Positions 1 to 14,351 are shown, numbered from the stretch's first letter. The stretch is 64,000 nucleotides of DNA from Paraspadella gotoi (GCA_051294375.1 CM119266.1:1803554-1867553); one strand, 5' to 3'. Program-made: numbers and translations. Notes: generated by a model not told the origin, from the letters alone.

Positions 1-2699
1 AAGTAAAAATTTTAATCTACTTGGTCTTGCCTTTTATTAGATAGCTAGATTGCATATATTATCATGATCAAGTAATGTTTTTTGAATATGTATCAAGACA
101 TGAATAAACTCAAGGGGAAAATATTATATTACATTAGTATGGCAATTATATGATTTAAATAGCCCCAGATAAATAAGAAGCTATATTGGAACAAATTATC
201 CTGAATAGTTAGTAAAACAAAACTTTTCTTCCTTCTGTTTAGATATTTTTGACTCTTTGGTGGAGAATTTAGTGATGCCCCCGAATAGAGAGTGGTGTTT
301 GTTTGCTAAGAAAGTTAAATTAGGATATGGTAAAAGGCTTGCCTGCATGGTCTACTGATGCTCATGTTTTTATTTTATTGCAAGTTCTAAACTAGCGTTA
401 AACTTGTATAATAAAACTTATTAACTACAGTTCAAGTTTATTATGCCTATGAGTTAAACAGAATGATTGGAGTGATGTAGTTCAAACAAATCCAATCAAA
501 ACCTTCTTTCTCTTAAGTCAAACACAAAAAAAAGGGAAAAAAATTGAGGAAAAAACTGGATGAACCTGAGTTTTGACTTGAATCTTAATATAAAAAAAGT
601 AATAATTATGCGTAAATGAAAAAAACAACTGGCAGGTTAGTCTTATGTCTTGTACTTTATGCGAGAATTTTCCAAAGTAACAATAGAAACATATGAAGCA
701 AATTATGTACGCATTAGCATTTAATTTGTGGGTTCACTTATTTATAAAGGTCTTTGATATAAAAGAAAACAAGTTTTTATTCCAGCATTAACAATGTTTT
801 ATTAATAATAAAGCGTTTCGACTCTAGCGTTTATGCAAGTCTTCTTTCAACGCGGTGTTGAACTCAAACAGATTTCGGCTTTCACAAAGATTCCTTCCAC
901 AAAGAATTGAAGAAAGATAGTTGGTCACAAGAAATGAGGATCTAGTGTTGAGGTGAGAATAGGGGAAAGGAGAGAGAGTGAATAAATCTGCAAAACTATG
1001 TAAAGAGATTAGAGATAGAGAGAGAAGTAAGAGCGGGAAAAATCATTATATTAAGCAATATTACAACAAAGATAGATTTAAATTAGCAAAACTTAATTTT
1101 AAACTAAAGAAAAAAATAATAAAGGTAAAATAAGTTGATAATTGAGATGTAAGATAAAATGAAATAGAAAAAATAAGTGGTTAGATGGATAAGATAAGAG
1201 ATAAGGGAAAATAAGTAAAGAAAAGAGCTCAAAATTAGCCCAAATGTAGTGATTTTTCCCTTCTCTCCTTACCAGTATGCGTTCAAATTTATTCACTCTC
1301 TCCTCCTTCCCTATCCTCACCTTCTCTTGTCCTCCCATTCTATCCTTTTTCTTAATTCTTTGTTGGAACTCTCTTTCTTCTCTCTCTCTCTCTCTCACCA
1401 CTCAATGCTTTGTGAAACCAAAATCTGTTGAGTCAAACGTCGCCCTGATGAAGACTCGAAAAAGCAAGAGTCAAAATGATATCCAACCTTTATTGTTGAT
1501 AAAATTGTTTTATTGCTAAAAAAATATAATGAAAAAAAAACTCAAAGTTTTGCACTATATAACCTTGTAGCCATTTAATAGTTACCTCACCATTTTTTCA
1601 AGAATTGACTATTTCATATTTTTATAGTTAAAAGTTAGTATATTGATTGAATTTTTATATAATCACCTGCCAGCCACACCTATAACATTTCATAATACAT
1701 AATTAATCCAACATCTCCACCCAAATATTATTTAAAATTAGTGTGGTAGCATTAAAACGAGTTTATGAACATTTAAAATTTAAGTCAGATAGACTGACAG
1801 AACGACAAAACCTACCCACCAACTTAGAGAATAATGATTTGAAATTGCTCCCCAAGCACTCGCCCCACCCAGCTAAAAAGTTACTGAATAACTTTATCTA
1901 ATTACTAACATTAATTAACTTTAAATAAAAATATTTTAAATGTCCATTTCCTCAAGCTTCAATTTTTGGCAAAAAGTAAGGACTCTGACTATTACTTGGA
2001 AGCTTGCCGAGCAGTTCCTTTCCGATTCAAGTTTTTAGGATTTAGACAGTTTTAATGATGCTTTTTTAAAGACCAAAAAGAACCTATTAAAATGAGTCAT
2101 GAAAATTGTATATTTAAGGCCAATAAAGAGCCTCAAAAATTTCTAAAAGCTTCATGAAGAACATAATATATAAATTTTAATCATTTTTTATTTTCTTTTA
2201 GTTTTTAAAGTTTAATATTGCCTGCTATTATGATTTTATTTCAGTAAGTACTGCTAAATATTATTTGTTTAATATTATTCTTTACAAAATTTAAAATAAC
2301 TTTTAGTAAGTAATTATCAAAAAACTATATGATCATTATATTATATTAATATTAATTATTAATAAAAATTTAATTAAAAATAAAAGGTTAATAAAAATAT
2401 AAAGTCGTACATCAACAAATATATTTTCAAAATCAAATCAAGTATTATTTAATCATTATTTTATTAACAAAAATCCTGTTGAAATTAAGTTTCACATATA
2501 AGATTACGCATCACAACGAAAGAAACCGCAAAAGTACATCGATCACTTGGAAAACTCTGGAGAGCTTCGCTTTCCGTTCAAGTTTTTTTTCAGGTTTATG
2601 CGTCCCAATAGTCTTCTACAGCAAAAGGGAACCCTAATAAAAATGAGTCACCACGTACCCTTCATCTGCTGTAATTTGAAAATTGGGTAATCTTTATAA

Positions 2700-2900
2700 T
2701 AGTTATATAGTTTTAGGAATTCCTGAAGACGGCGTTAGCAGTCCCTCTCCTTTAGATTTTGAATGTTTTTTCTGTCTTAACAAGTGAGCAAACCAACTGT
2801 AGGCATATCATATATGATTTTTAAAATAAGTGGGACATAACCGACGGACAGACGGACCGACGGACCCGACCGAAAAGGACTTACAGAAGTTGCTCTAAGA
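2700..2900 (+). mobile_element. Interspersed non-autonomous element, partial copy (HINE-like family)
   Basis: GAATTCCTGAAGACGGCGTTAGCAGT core plus GACGGACAGACGGACCGACGGACC tract, shared with copies at 23355, 26799, 46738 and 47370. Confidence 0.65.
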
Positions 2901-2904
2901 ATTA

Positions 2905-3229
2905 TTGGGATTGAAATGATAATATGACGAAGAAATTTCGGGATATTAAAGATCATTCATGCATCAAAGGATCTATTAAAAATGTGAAATAAAATGATCA
3001 GAAATTATTCGGATCATATAGAGCTCATCATCATCAGAGTATCAAAGGATCATTAAAATCACGTGATGTGAAATAAAGGCATTCAGAAATCGTCGACGAT
3101 CGAGATAGAAAAAAACTCGTTCCCACCAAAAGTCCCCAACGTATTTTTAATGTTCAGTCCCCGTCCACATTTATTTGATCGCCATTACCTCACTTTCTTT
3201 TTATTCTTGATATCCCGATAATCACTTTA

Positions 3230-3276
<47 letters not shown>

Positions 3277-5645
3277 TCTCATCTCTCTCTCTCTCTCATC
3301 TCTCTTCACACACAGCGGACGTCAAAGCCAATTCTGTTTTGTTCACCGGTGGAGGATTGCACTCTGGGTCTGTTTCCACTGGTCGACGGGATCAATCTCC
3401 CCTGTCGTACATTATACTTACAATTTTATTATATTAAATACTATGCTTTTATAGTGTGTGCATTTTTCTTTACTAGTAGTCTTTGCATCCGTAAAGATTA
3501 TACTCTGCTTTAATAACTAAGCAAGATTTCACTGTATTATTAAAAATCTGATTGGTACGATTCCATTTTTGTATGGATCTACGCCGTATACTTGATCTTT
3601 TTTTTGAATTATAATTTCCGTCCCGTTATGGTCACTTCTCAGATTTATGTACTATCCAATACTACTTTAACGTATTTTCTGCCAATTCCCATTTTTTTTA
3701 CGAAAACTTTTTTTCCAATTTTCCTGGTTGGGATGGTGCAGCTTTGGCCAAATTGGCGTTGCGCTGCGTCTCATCATTGGTCATAAAGCGATTGTCATCT
3801 CGACATGTCTCGTCGTCATTTCTTCGTCATTGTCGTCGTCCGTTTCGGTCATTGCGAGCCTTCTCGTTTCGCGTTCCATAATCAAATTGTTCCCCATTCT
3901 GCTTTTCGTTTTTTTACGTTTTTTTTCGTGTTTTAATTTCAAGAAAAAATCCTGAGTCGACAACAAAAAATCCGATAGAAATTCTTTTTTTTTTTCTTTC
4001 AAACAAGAAAAAAAGCGCAGTGTGGGTTTGTGGTCAATGTAACGGATTTCGCCAGTTTAATGAAATCGAGTTGTTTTTTTGGGGGGGGGACAGACCTGTG
4101 TTTTTTTTGTTCTTTATTAATGTTTCGTTACGTCAAACGAGTATAAGTCGGATGAGAGAACATTTTCACTCATTCCTAGTTCTGCCATTTGCATTTTTTA
4201 CGAATTATCATTACTTAATATTATTAGCATTTTGATTTTTTTAAAAAAGTTTGACTGATCAATTTGTTTCCATTTCGACCTCATGGGCGACGATCATCTC
4301 ATCTCGATTCAACTATACGGTTGGGGCCGCTCGGGTTTTCGCCAGCGGAGAGGACGACGCAGCGTGGCAACGCTGGACTGAGGATCAACTCTTGCGTGAC
4401 TGAAGGTGGAATGGAAAGGGAAGCGGTGGGTGTGGGGGGTGGGCGGTTTGGTTGGGAGGTAGTTAAGGATGAGAATGGAGGGAATAGATGAGGGAACTTT
4501 TATGAGAGTTCCGGAGTAAAGATGAGAAGAGAGAGGAAGAGAGATGAGAGAGAGAGAGAGACGAGAGAGAGAGAAGAGGGAGAGAGAAAAGGGAGGCGAA
4601 CGGTTAATCCTTTTCCAGTTGGTGAGATCCACGCATCTGTCACCCAGTGGGAACTTGGCAACGAAAGCTGTAACTACACAACAACGACGACGACTTATAA
4701 AACTACTTCCGATTAGAAAACACATCAAACTTAGTTTATTTCACAGTTAAATCGACCAAGCGACGAAGAGTGAAGTAACAGACGTCTAAGCTCATTACAT
4801 TTTTAAAAAAATGAGAAAAACGTTGGGAGTTCGATTTCTGACTGGCGGAATCTTCCATCTTAATTTTTCCGTTTTATTTTTTTTTGTATTTGTGTTTTGT
4901 TTTTATCGCGTTTTCTGACGAGAAGTTCATCTTTGCTTTTGTTTCTCTGTCCGTTTGTTCTCGTTGTTGTTGCCGTAGTTTTTTTTTCTCGGTCGGCAAG
5001 GCATCTTATTTTTTTTTCGTAATGTGAGGCGAACGAAATTTTGACTGCTTATATCGAGTTATACAATTTTTTAAAAATCTTCTTTTTTGTTTTGTTTGTT
5101 TTGGCATTAAACCAAAGTAGTTTTAATTGTAATTTCTTATTTCAATTAAACATCTGTCCATATTTAATTAATATTAATTTAATCCGATTTCGTTTTCGAT
5201 TTTTCCGCTTAAAGTTGTTTTATCGAATTTCTTCATCCTCCCCTAACAAACTGCATGATCATATCAGAGCCATTCCTCCCTTTCCTCAGGTATGTCTCTT
5301 TTTTTTTTAAATTTCTACTTGATTTTTCTTCTTTCTCATTTTTTTTCATTCCTTTTTTACCTTTCTCAATTTTAATTTTTCCTACTTGACTCTTTTGGGT
5401 TCCTTTTTTCCCTTTTTCTCCTTATTTCCTTTTTTTTCGGTCTCCTCGACTTCGCGTTAAAATTCTGTTCCTACGACTCGAGTTTTTGACGCAATTATTG
5501 TCCGAGATTCGCCCACAACGCAAGCACGATCTCATTTTACAGCACCTTTTTTCTTATTGTTTAGATAGAGAAAAAAAAATAAATTTGATAACTTATTAAA
5601 CAAGAAGAAGTTTAATTTTCACAACGAAAATGAAACTTCTTCTTT
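2905..5645 (+). repeat. Indel-rich duplicate of 10936-13650
   Basis: Both copies start TTGG(G)ATTGAAATGATAATATGACGAAGAAATT and run collinearly to GAAGAAGTTTAATTTT(T)CACAACGAAAA...AAACTTCTTCTTT. Differences are mostly 1-bp indels. Confidence 0.92.
3316..4405 (+). pseudogene. Frameshifted copy of carboxylesterase-like exons A (3316-~3406) and B (4286-4405); probably an error-laden duplicate rather than a true pseudogene
   Basis: Near-identical to 11311-11402 and 12296-12415 (GTCAAAGC..ATTCTGTTTT..GGTGGAGGATT; CGCTCGGGTTTT..GCCAGCGGAGAGGACGACG..AACGCTGGACTGAGGATCAACTC) but with many indels. Confidence 0.8.
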
Positions 5646-5895
5646 GTATCTCTCTCTTNNNNNNNNNNNNNNNNNNNNNNNNNAAAGAAAACAAAAGCGA
5701 AAGAGAAAAATAAAAAAAGGAAATAAAGAGAAGGAACTAAAAACAAAAGGTTAAAACACAAGAGGAAATAAAGACTAACCAACAAATAAACTGAAGATAG
5801 AATAACATGGAAAAGCACAAAGCCGAACCGAGGATGCGAATGTGAGGTTAGACAAGGCAAGGCCAAACAAGGCAAGAAAGTAAAAGGTAGGACAA

Positions 5896-5955
5896 AGGCA
5901 AGGCAAGGCAAGGCAAGGCAAGGCAAGGCAAGGCAAGGCAAGGCAAGGCAAGGCA
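5896..5955 (+). repeat. (AGGCA)12 pentanucleotide microsatellite
   Basis: Perfect tandem AGGCA; source of the LPCLA-repeat ORFs. Confidence 0.97.
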
Positions 5956-8900
5956 AAGGAAGTTGAAAAGGAGGAAAAAAAATACAGAAAGCGCAACAAA
6001 AAATCGCTTGAGCCAAGTTCGCGCAGCATTAAAACAATTGTCGTGCAGCATTTATTTGCCTCAAGCAGTCAGTTGTGGTAACTTAAAGCATTAAACCCGC
6101 TTCCCCAACTGCATCAAATTCCAAATTCCGCGACTTATGCGGTACTGTGCAGCATTAACAGTCAGACTGCGCGGTAGCAGCATCTTAAAACGCATCCGTA
6201 CCTCATTTTGAATCTCATAAATGCTTATATTTGTAAGCAGCATAAGGCCCGCATTTTAAAACCAGGCGTGTTGCCCGATTATGTTTGCCGAAAAACATCA
6301 TTCAGTTTCACCCGAAAACTCGATCTACTTGTGGCTATAAAAAAAATGTTTCAACCTTTCATTCGCGAAAATATGTCGCGACGGCGAATTCGCCAGTGGA
6401 GAACATAACCAGAACTCGTGACAGAATTCTTCGACATGAGTATTATTGATGATATAAATTTATTGGTTAATGATTTTTGCTCACATTAAGTCCGAGGAGA
6501 CTCTAATCCGAAATAAAGTTCTTGATTTCCCGTGAGTGCTGCACGCCGTGTCTGTTTGAAAGTCGGATGTTGGTTCCTGCGGTCGCCGCGGTCCCTGGTT
6601 GTTGGTCCGACCCTTCGTCGTGTACATCAGACATTCGTCTCTTTTGTCATAATCGATATACATAAAATCTTTATCATCATTATAGGATCTCACAATCAGA
6701 ATCGTATTAATCTTTGAAATTAATGCATCATCAAATCGGTTTTGTCATTTGTTGTCTTGATATGATAAAGTTGGAATCCGATTGGATAGTCGTCATCAAA
6801 AATCAGTCGTCCATCCGTCGTCATCGTCGTCGTCATCGTCTGTATAGAGTAGTAACAGACTTCGTCGTTGTCAACGGCAGACTACAAGCATTTGTCAAAA
6901 TTCTCTCCTCTTATCTTCTTTTCGTCGTCGTCGTCCCGTCGTCGTCGTATTTATCGCCAAAGACCGTTTCCTCGTTTTCCCCCCCACAACTTCTCGCCCC
7001 CTCAGCGCCGCGTTTGGCTCGTTGCGGCTGCCGTAGCCTTTGTTTTTACTCTGCTTGGCCGCGGCTGCGCCAACTTGTTCGTTTGTCGTGCCCCGCCCCT
7101 GATTGCTGACACGCAGTTGCCTAGTTTGCAGCCACGTTCGGCCACCGCTTTGGTCGCCGTCACTGCACACCATGTTTCTCTTACATCAATATATCTATTT
7201 GTACTATCACTTGTGTGAGCGAATCCGACCTGCCATTTCGACCAAAAACAGATTAGTGCACATTATTATAAACTACTAATAGTTACTTTGGTAGTATGTT
7301 AACGATAGTGCAATTGCAAACAAGCTCCTCAATTGCTGAATAAGACACATTGCAATACTTCAATAGCTATCGTTTTCGTTTTTCTAAGAAATCATTTTTT
7401 CTCTTTCATATCAACTCAAATCTCTAAAATTCTTTTCAAATTTATCTTTTAATATTAATTCATGTGAGTTTCTCGTTAACAAGCTTGCAAATAACCTCAT
7501 CAATTTCACATGTCATTGATTTTTGTCGAGTCGCTTTTTGTCATTCCATGACTTGAGGGATGGACTCACCAATTAAGACACTCTTTCTACTACCAGACAG
7601 AATTCTCGCTTACACTCAGACAAAATTTCCTCAAGCCACCGAACTAATCACCTTATTAATAAAAATCAATTGACATCTGAGCCAATACATGCGCCTTCTC
7701 AGCTGCAAAAAAGTCATCCACAACTTGGATATTCTCATTGCAATATTTGCTATAGTCTCGCACTCAATCGGGATCTCACAATCTCGCATTGAGTAGTATC
7801 TCTCTGAGTGTCAAAAAAAGGTCAGATCACTATACTGTTCACTAACCACTCGTCAATCACACATCTCACGATCTCATCAATCATACAAATCATATCACAT
7901 TGCAGATGTAAAAGGAGCAATAGAATGAATAAATGAGGAGAGAATTAATCGAGAAATAAATAAACAAAAAACAAAAAGATATATAACAATAGAAAAAAGA
8001 CAAAAAAATTAAAATATTAGCGTATACAAAAAAAAGGATGGTCACGGACCAGTGCTAGGCCCATAGGGAAGGAGTACCGGCGCATAAACGGGACTATTAG
8101 ATCAGATGTTACTCAGGCTTTACGTGGTCGGATTGGCGCGCGGCATAGCGCCAGTGACTTATCCTCGGGGCACTCACAGGAATGCATGGTCTGCACCGTT
8201 AGCTCTTACTATAGTCTTCTTCTCTGTTTCTTTTCTCACATCCGTTTATTGCGCAAATTGGTATGGAGTCTTCGGCACCAAAAGCTCAATGGGTGCCCAA
8301 CGTTAGAACCCTAAACGTCACGTCTCGCCAGCGTACTTGCATCGTGCGCTTTACCAGTAAACCTGACCACAGATTTGCATTTTAATATGTTCAAGCATAG
8401 GATAGATTAATAAAATGAGAGCACGATTAAAATGCACAACACAGAAGCTAGTGGGTAGCTTTTTGTTTGATTGAGTCCTAAAGTCTAGGATGTTGGGAAC
8501 TAAGACATATTTAAACAGGATGGGAGTCGTATTCCATCCGTAAGGCGGACAGACGCTTACTAACGATGCTTCCACTAGGATTGCACCATAGCTTCTTGCG
8601 TTATGTTTCTTAATGACTTATGGATATAGCATAACCGTTCAAGGCTTTTCCCTCCTGAAAACGCGGATGTCGCCAAAATTTCCCCGCCTGGAACATTGTG
8701 ACTTTCGTTTTATCCTAATGTGAAGCGAAAAAGATTGTCCTCCACCATTCTAAATCATGCAAACGTATATTCGATTATCCATTCTGCCAAGAGCAAAAGA
8801 CAGAGAAAGACAGAAGAAGAACGAACGAACACGACGTCGACGGATTGAAGCTGGAATGAGCGCTGAGTCTGGATGTGGGGTCGGAAAAAGAAATTAATAG

Positions 8901-10301
8901 TAAAGAGAAGCTTGAGGAGAATGAAAATAAGAACTTCGTAAAAGTAAGAAAGGTCGGTCAGAAGTCGGAGTAAGATTGGATTGAATTTTTTCTTTCTATT
9001 ACCCTGAAGAACTGAGAAAAATAAAAAATAACAAAAAAATTGTAGAGATACTAAACAAGATTATAGAGAAATCGAGAGAGAAGAAGAGAAGAAGAGAAGA
9101 AGAGAGAGCAGAGAGAGAAGAGAGAGAGAGAGAGAGAAGAGAGAAGAGAGAAGAGAGAGAGAGAGAGAGAATTAGCGGCAAAGATCGTGAAGGGTGAGGG
9201 AGCAAAAAGCGAAGATTGGAGTTAGAGAGAGAGAAAGCGAGATAGAGAGAGAGAGAGAGGCAAAGAGAGATTTGAAATATCAGCCACTGAATAGCATGCA
9301 GGACACTGGCGACTAAAACTTGTCTCTTTTGTCTTCTCACACCTGTAACAATTTCTTTTCGGCCAAAACTTTAATTTCAAAAAAGATAAATACCCAAGAG
9401 GCGGTTCCTTTACGCCGGCTCTCCGGTCTCTACTGTCTTTTCTCTCTCTCTCTCTCTCGTCTCCTCTCTCGTCGGTGCTTATCATCGTTATCTCTCACTC
9501 TCATACTCATCATCCATACATCTCCTCTCTTCTAACGGATGCGCCGTGTTCCCTTTTACAAATTCATTGACGTCTACTACGGAGAATCTTCAGTTAAATA
9601 GGGAAACAAAAGGGAAACGCAGAAGGAATAAGGAAGAAAGAAAAGGAAACAAAAAGCGAAGAGATAAATATAAAAAAGGAAATAAGAGAAGAACGTGAGA
9701 AACAGGATCAAAGTTTTACAACATCAAGAGGATAATAGAAGAAGCTAGAGTTCAATGAAGTCAAATAATTATTATGACTAGTATAGGTAAGAGCCGCCAG
9801 TTTAATCTTGTGTTTGGTCCGAGCTTATCTAAACACTGTATAAGTTAAGATGATGGATCTAAAAGTAAAATAAGTATGAATAGTATGAATAATACAAATG
9901 ATATAGAATGAAAACGAAAATGAAAAGTAAAAGATAAATAAAAAGATATAGTAATATTTATATATATTAAAGTATATAAAAAATAGAAATGAAAACGAAT
10001 ATATGATATATGATATAAGAAAATTAAAATTAGGAAATAAAAAAGTAAAAGTAAGAAATTATGGATAATATAGAATGAAATAAATAAGTATAAAAATNNN
10101 NNNNNNNNNNNNNNNNNNNNNNAAAAAAAGAAAAAAGAAAAGAAAAGAGGAAAAGAAAAGAAAAGAAAAATGGAAGGAAATATAAAGAGAAGCAATAAAG
10201 AAGGAAAGGAAAGAAAACGGAATAGATGATCTGCGATGAATGAATGGATCAAGGAAAGAGAGGTTGAGGAGATGAGGGATGTGGAAGGGAAAGAGGGGAT
10301 G

Positions 10302-10935
10302 NNNNNNNNNNNNNNNNNNNNNNNNNNNNNNNNNNNNNNNNNNNNNNNNNNNNNNNNNNNNNNNNNNNNNNNNNNNNNNNNNNNNNNNNNNNNNNNNNNN
10401 NNNNNNNNNNNNNNNNNNNNNNNNNNNNNNNNNNNNNNNNNNNNNNNNNNNNNNNNNNNNNNNNNNNNNNNNNNNNNNNNNNNNNNNNNNNNNNNNNNNN
10501 NNNNNNNNNNNNNNNNNNNNNNNNNNNNNNNNNNNNNNNNNNNNNNNNNNNNNNNNNNNNNNNNNNNNNNNNNNNNNNNNNNNNNNNNNNNNNNNNNNNN
10601 NNNNNNNNNNNNNNNNNNNNNNNNNNNNNNNNNNNNNNNNNNNNNNNNNNNNNNNNNNNNNNNNNNNNNNNNNNNNNNNNNNNNNNNNNNNNNNNNNNNN
10701 NNNNNNNNNNNNNNNNNNNNNNNNNNNNNNNNNNNNNNNNNNNNNNNNNNNNNNNNNNNNNNNNNNNNNNNNNNNNNNNNNNNNNNNNNNNNNNNNNNNN
10801 NNNNNNNNNNNNNNNNNNNNNNNNNNNNNNNNNNNNNNNNNNNNNNNNNNNNNNNNNNNNNNNNNNNNNNNNNNNNNNNNNNNNNNNNNNNNNNNNNNNN
10901 NNNNNNNNNNNNNNNNNNNNNNNNNNNNNNNNNNN
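10302..10935. other. Assembly gap (largest of many N runs)
   Basis: Run of N. Confidence 0.99.
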
Positions 10936-11310
10936 TTGGATTGAAATGATAATATGACGAAGAAATTATCGGATCATATAAAGATCATCATCATCAAAGG
11001 ATCATTAAAATGGTGAAATAAAAGGATCAGAAATTATCGGATCATATAGAGATCATCATCATCAGAGTATCAAAGGATCATTAAAATCACGTGATGGTGA
11101 AATAAAAGGATCAGAAATCGTCGACGATAGAAAAACTCGTTTCCCACCAAAAAGTCCCCAACGTTATTTAATGTTCAGTCCCCGTCCACATTTATTTGAT
11201 CGCCTTACCTCACTTTCTTTCTTATTTCCTTGATTATCCCCGATTATCACTTTACATCTCTCTCTCTCTCTCTCTCGGTCGTCTGCTCTTCTCTCTGCTC
11301 TCACACACAG

Positions 11311-11402
11311 CGGGCGTCAAAGCAATTCTGTTTTGGATTCACGGTGGAGGATTTCACTCTGGGTCTGGTTCACTGGTCGACGGATCGAATCTCGCCCTTG
11401 CG
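11311..11402 (+). CDS. Carboxylesterase type B / cholinesterase-like protein, exon A (oxyanion-hole region)
   Basis: Acceptor cacacag| and donor |gtacat. Encodes GVKAILFWIHGGGFHSGSGSLVDGSNLALA with the canonical WIHGGGF motif; 92 nt, ends in phase 0. Confidence 0.9.
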
Positions 11403-12295
11403 GTACATATACTTACATTTATTATAATAAATATCTATGCTTTTATAGTGTGTGCATTTTTCTTTACTAGTAGTTTTGCATCCGTAAAATTCTACTCTGC
11501 TTTATTACTTAAGCAAGATTTCACTGTATATTAAAAATCTGATGGTACGATTCCATTTTTGTATGGATCTACGCCGGATTACTGATTCTGTTTTTTGAAT
11601 TATAATTTCGTCCCGTTATGGTCACTTCTCGATTTATGTACTTCCAATACTATTTAAACGTATTTTTTGCCAATTTCCCCCATTTTTTTTTACGAAAACT
11701 TTTTTTTCAATTTTCCTGGTTGGGATGTCAGGCTTGGCCAAATGGGCGTTGCGCTGCGTCATCATCATTGGTCATAAAAGCGATCATCTCGACATTGTCG
11801 TCGTCGTCATTGTCGTCGTCATTGTCGTCGTCGTTTCGGTCATTGCGAGCCTCTCGTTTCGCGTCTCCACATCAATCAAATTTGTTCCCCAATTCTGCTT
11901 TTCTTTTTTTACTTTTTTTTTCGTGTTTTATTTCAGAGAAAAAATCCTGAGTCGACAACAAAAATCCGATAGAAATTCTTTTTTTTTTCTTTCTAAACAA
12001 AAAAAAAGCGAGTGTGGGTTTTGTGGTCAATTGTAAACGGATTTTCCGCGGTTAATGGAAAATCGAGTTGTTTTTTTTTTTGGGGGGGGGAATGACCTGT
12101 AGTTTTTTTTTTGTTTTTTTTTAATGTTTCGTTTTAGTCAAACGATATAAATCGGATGAATGAACAATTTTATCACTCATCCTAGTTCTGCCATTTTGCA
12201 TTTTTTACGAAATTATCTATTACTTTATTTGTTATTAGCATTTTGCTTTTTTTTAAAAAAGTTTTGACTGATCATTTGTTTCCATTTCGACTCAG

Positions 12296-12415
12296 GGCGA
12301 CATCATCGTCATCTCGATAAACTATCGGTTGGGTCCGCTCGGGTTTTTCGCCAGCGGAGAGGACGACGGCAGCGTGGGCAACGCTGGACTGAAGGATCAA
12401 CTCTTAGCGCTGAAG
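12296..12415 (+). CDS. Carboxylesterase-like protein, exon B
   Basis: Acceptor ctcag| and donor |gtgagg; 120 nt. [40 protein letters not shown] contains NYRLGxLGF and GNxGLxDQxxAL. Confidence 0.93.
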
Positions 12416-12532
12416 GTGAGGAATGGCGAAGGAAGCGGTGGGGGTGGGGGGTGGGTGTTGGGTGGGGAGGTAAGTAAGGATGAGATGGAGGAGAATGAGG
12501 GGAACTTTATGGAGAGTTCCGGGCAGTAAAGA

Positions 12533-12582
<50 letters not shown>

Positions 12583-14315
12583 AAAAAAAAAGGGTAGGCG
12601 AACCGGTAATCCTTTTCCAGTTGGTGAGATCCCACGCATCTGTGGCACCCAGGGAGACTTGGCAACGAAAGACTGTAACTACGACAACAACGACGACGAC
12701 TATAAAACTACTTCCGATAGAAAACAATAACAAACTTAGTTTATTTCAAGTTAGAATCGAGCCAAGCGACGAAGAGTGAAGATAACCAGACGTCGAAGCT
12801 CACTTACATTTTTAAAAAAATGAGAAACGTGTTGGAGTCGATTCTGACTTCGAAATCTTCCATCTTCAATTTTTCCGTTTTTTTTTTTTGGTTTTGTTTT
12901 TTTATCGTTTTCTGACGAGAAGTCATCTTTGCTTTTGTTTTCTCTGTCCGTTTGTTTCTCGTTGTTTTGCGTAGTTTTTTTTTCTCGCGTCGGCAAGGCA
13001 TCTTATTTTTTTTTCGTAAATGTGAGGCGAACGAAATGTTTGATGCTTTTCGAGTTATACATTTTTTTAAAAATCCTCTTTTTTGTTTTGTTTTGTTTTT
13101 GGCATTAAAACCAAAGTATTTTAATTGTAATTTCTTATTTCAATTAAACATCTTCCATATTTAATTTAATTTAATTTAATCCGATTTCGTTTTCGATTTT
13201 TCCCTAAATTGTTTTATCGAAATATTCTTCCTCCTCCCCGTAATCTAAACTGATGACTATTTTATCAGAGCCATTTCCTCCCTTTCCTCTATGTGTTTTC
13301 TCTTTTTTTTTTAATAATTTTCACTTATTTTTCTTCTTTCGTCATTTTTTTTCATTCCTTTTTTTATCCTTTCTCAATTTTTATATTTCCTACTTGACTC
13401 TTTTGGTTCCTTTTTTTCCCTTTTTCTCCTTTATTTCCCTTTTTTTTTCGGTCTCCTCGACTTCGGTTATAAATTCTTCCTACGACTCAGTTTTTGACGC
13501 AATTATTGTCCGAGATTCGCCCACAACGCAGCAGATCTCATTTTACAGCAACTTTTTTCTTATTGTTTTAGCATAGAGAAAAAAAAATTGGATAACTTAT
13601 TAAAACAAGAAGAAGTTTAATTTTCACAACGAAAATTAAACTTCTTCTTTTTTTAAACCTTTTATACCAACGAAAACGAAAGGAAAAATGACAAGATAAT
13701 CTATTATTATTTTTGACTATTTCAAAATGATCGAAAGTTACTACTTCACTAAATTCACAATAAACTATTCACTTTACCTTTTCATTGGAGCCAGAAAGAA
13801 ACTTACCTTTTGGCTCGACCCTCGTCTCCAGTATCCATCAGGTTTTATTTTGATTCTCTATTTTTGTTTTCTTCTTTCTTTTTATTTATTTTTATCCTTT
13901 GGCTTTTTTCTCCCCGGGGAATCCTGTATATTTTTTCGCCAAATATTTGTAGCGAATTCATTGCTTTTCACCCCTTAACCCTTTTTTTCTGAGTTGTATT
14001 TTGCCAAAATGTTTTCATCGCGTCCCCTTAAGATCTTTTCCTCTTGTATTTTCTCTTCTTCATAAGTCATAACATTTCTTTTCATACAAAGTTTAAAAAT
14101 TCTTTCAGGTTTCTGCTCTCGTCTCAATCTCGTATTTTTAGTATGTGTATTTAAACCAAAAAGCCCACAACAGCATCCACAGCAAAATATTTGAAACAAT
14201 GTTTTTTTAAGTTTGACGAGACTTTTTTGAAGCTTTACTCTTGCTGTCAAATACAAAAGAGAAGCATATCGCTTCTCTAGTTTCTCTCTCTCTCATCTCT
14301 CTCTCTCTCTCTCTC

Positions 14316-14351
<36 letters not shown>

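Larger units (their letters stand above)
10936..13650 (+). repeat. Cleaner copy of the 2.7-kb segment duplicated at 2905-5645
   Basis: Collinear with 2905-5645, begins right after a long N gap, and carries the intact exons. Confidence 0.92.

Noticed and set aside
1990-2655. Degenerate direct repeat (ACTTGGAA...TTCAAGTTTTT...AAAATGAGTCA at ~1995-2100 and ~2546-2651) as LTRs
   Set aside because: Short and diverged, with no TG..CA ends, PBS or internal coding sequence.
10236-10949. Long ORFs of 221-237 aa
   Set aside because: They consist of X residues from the N gap.
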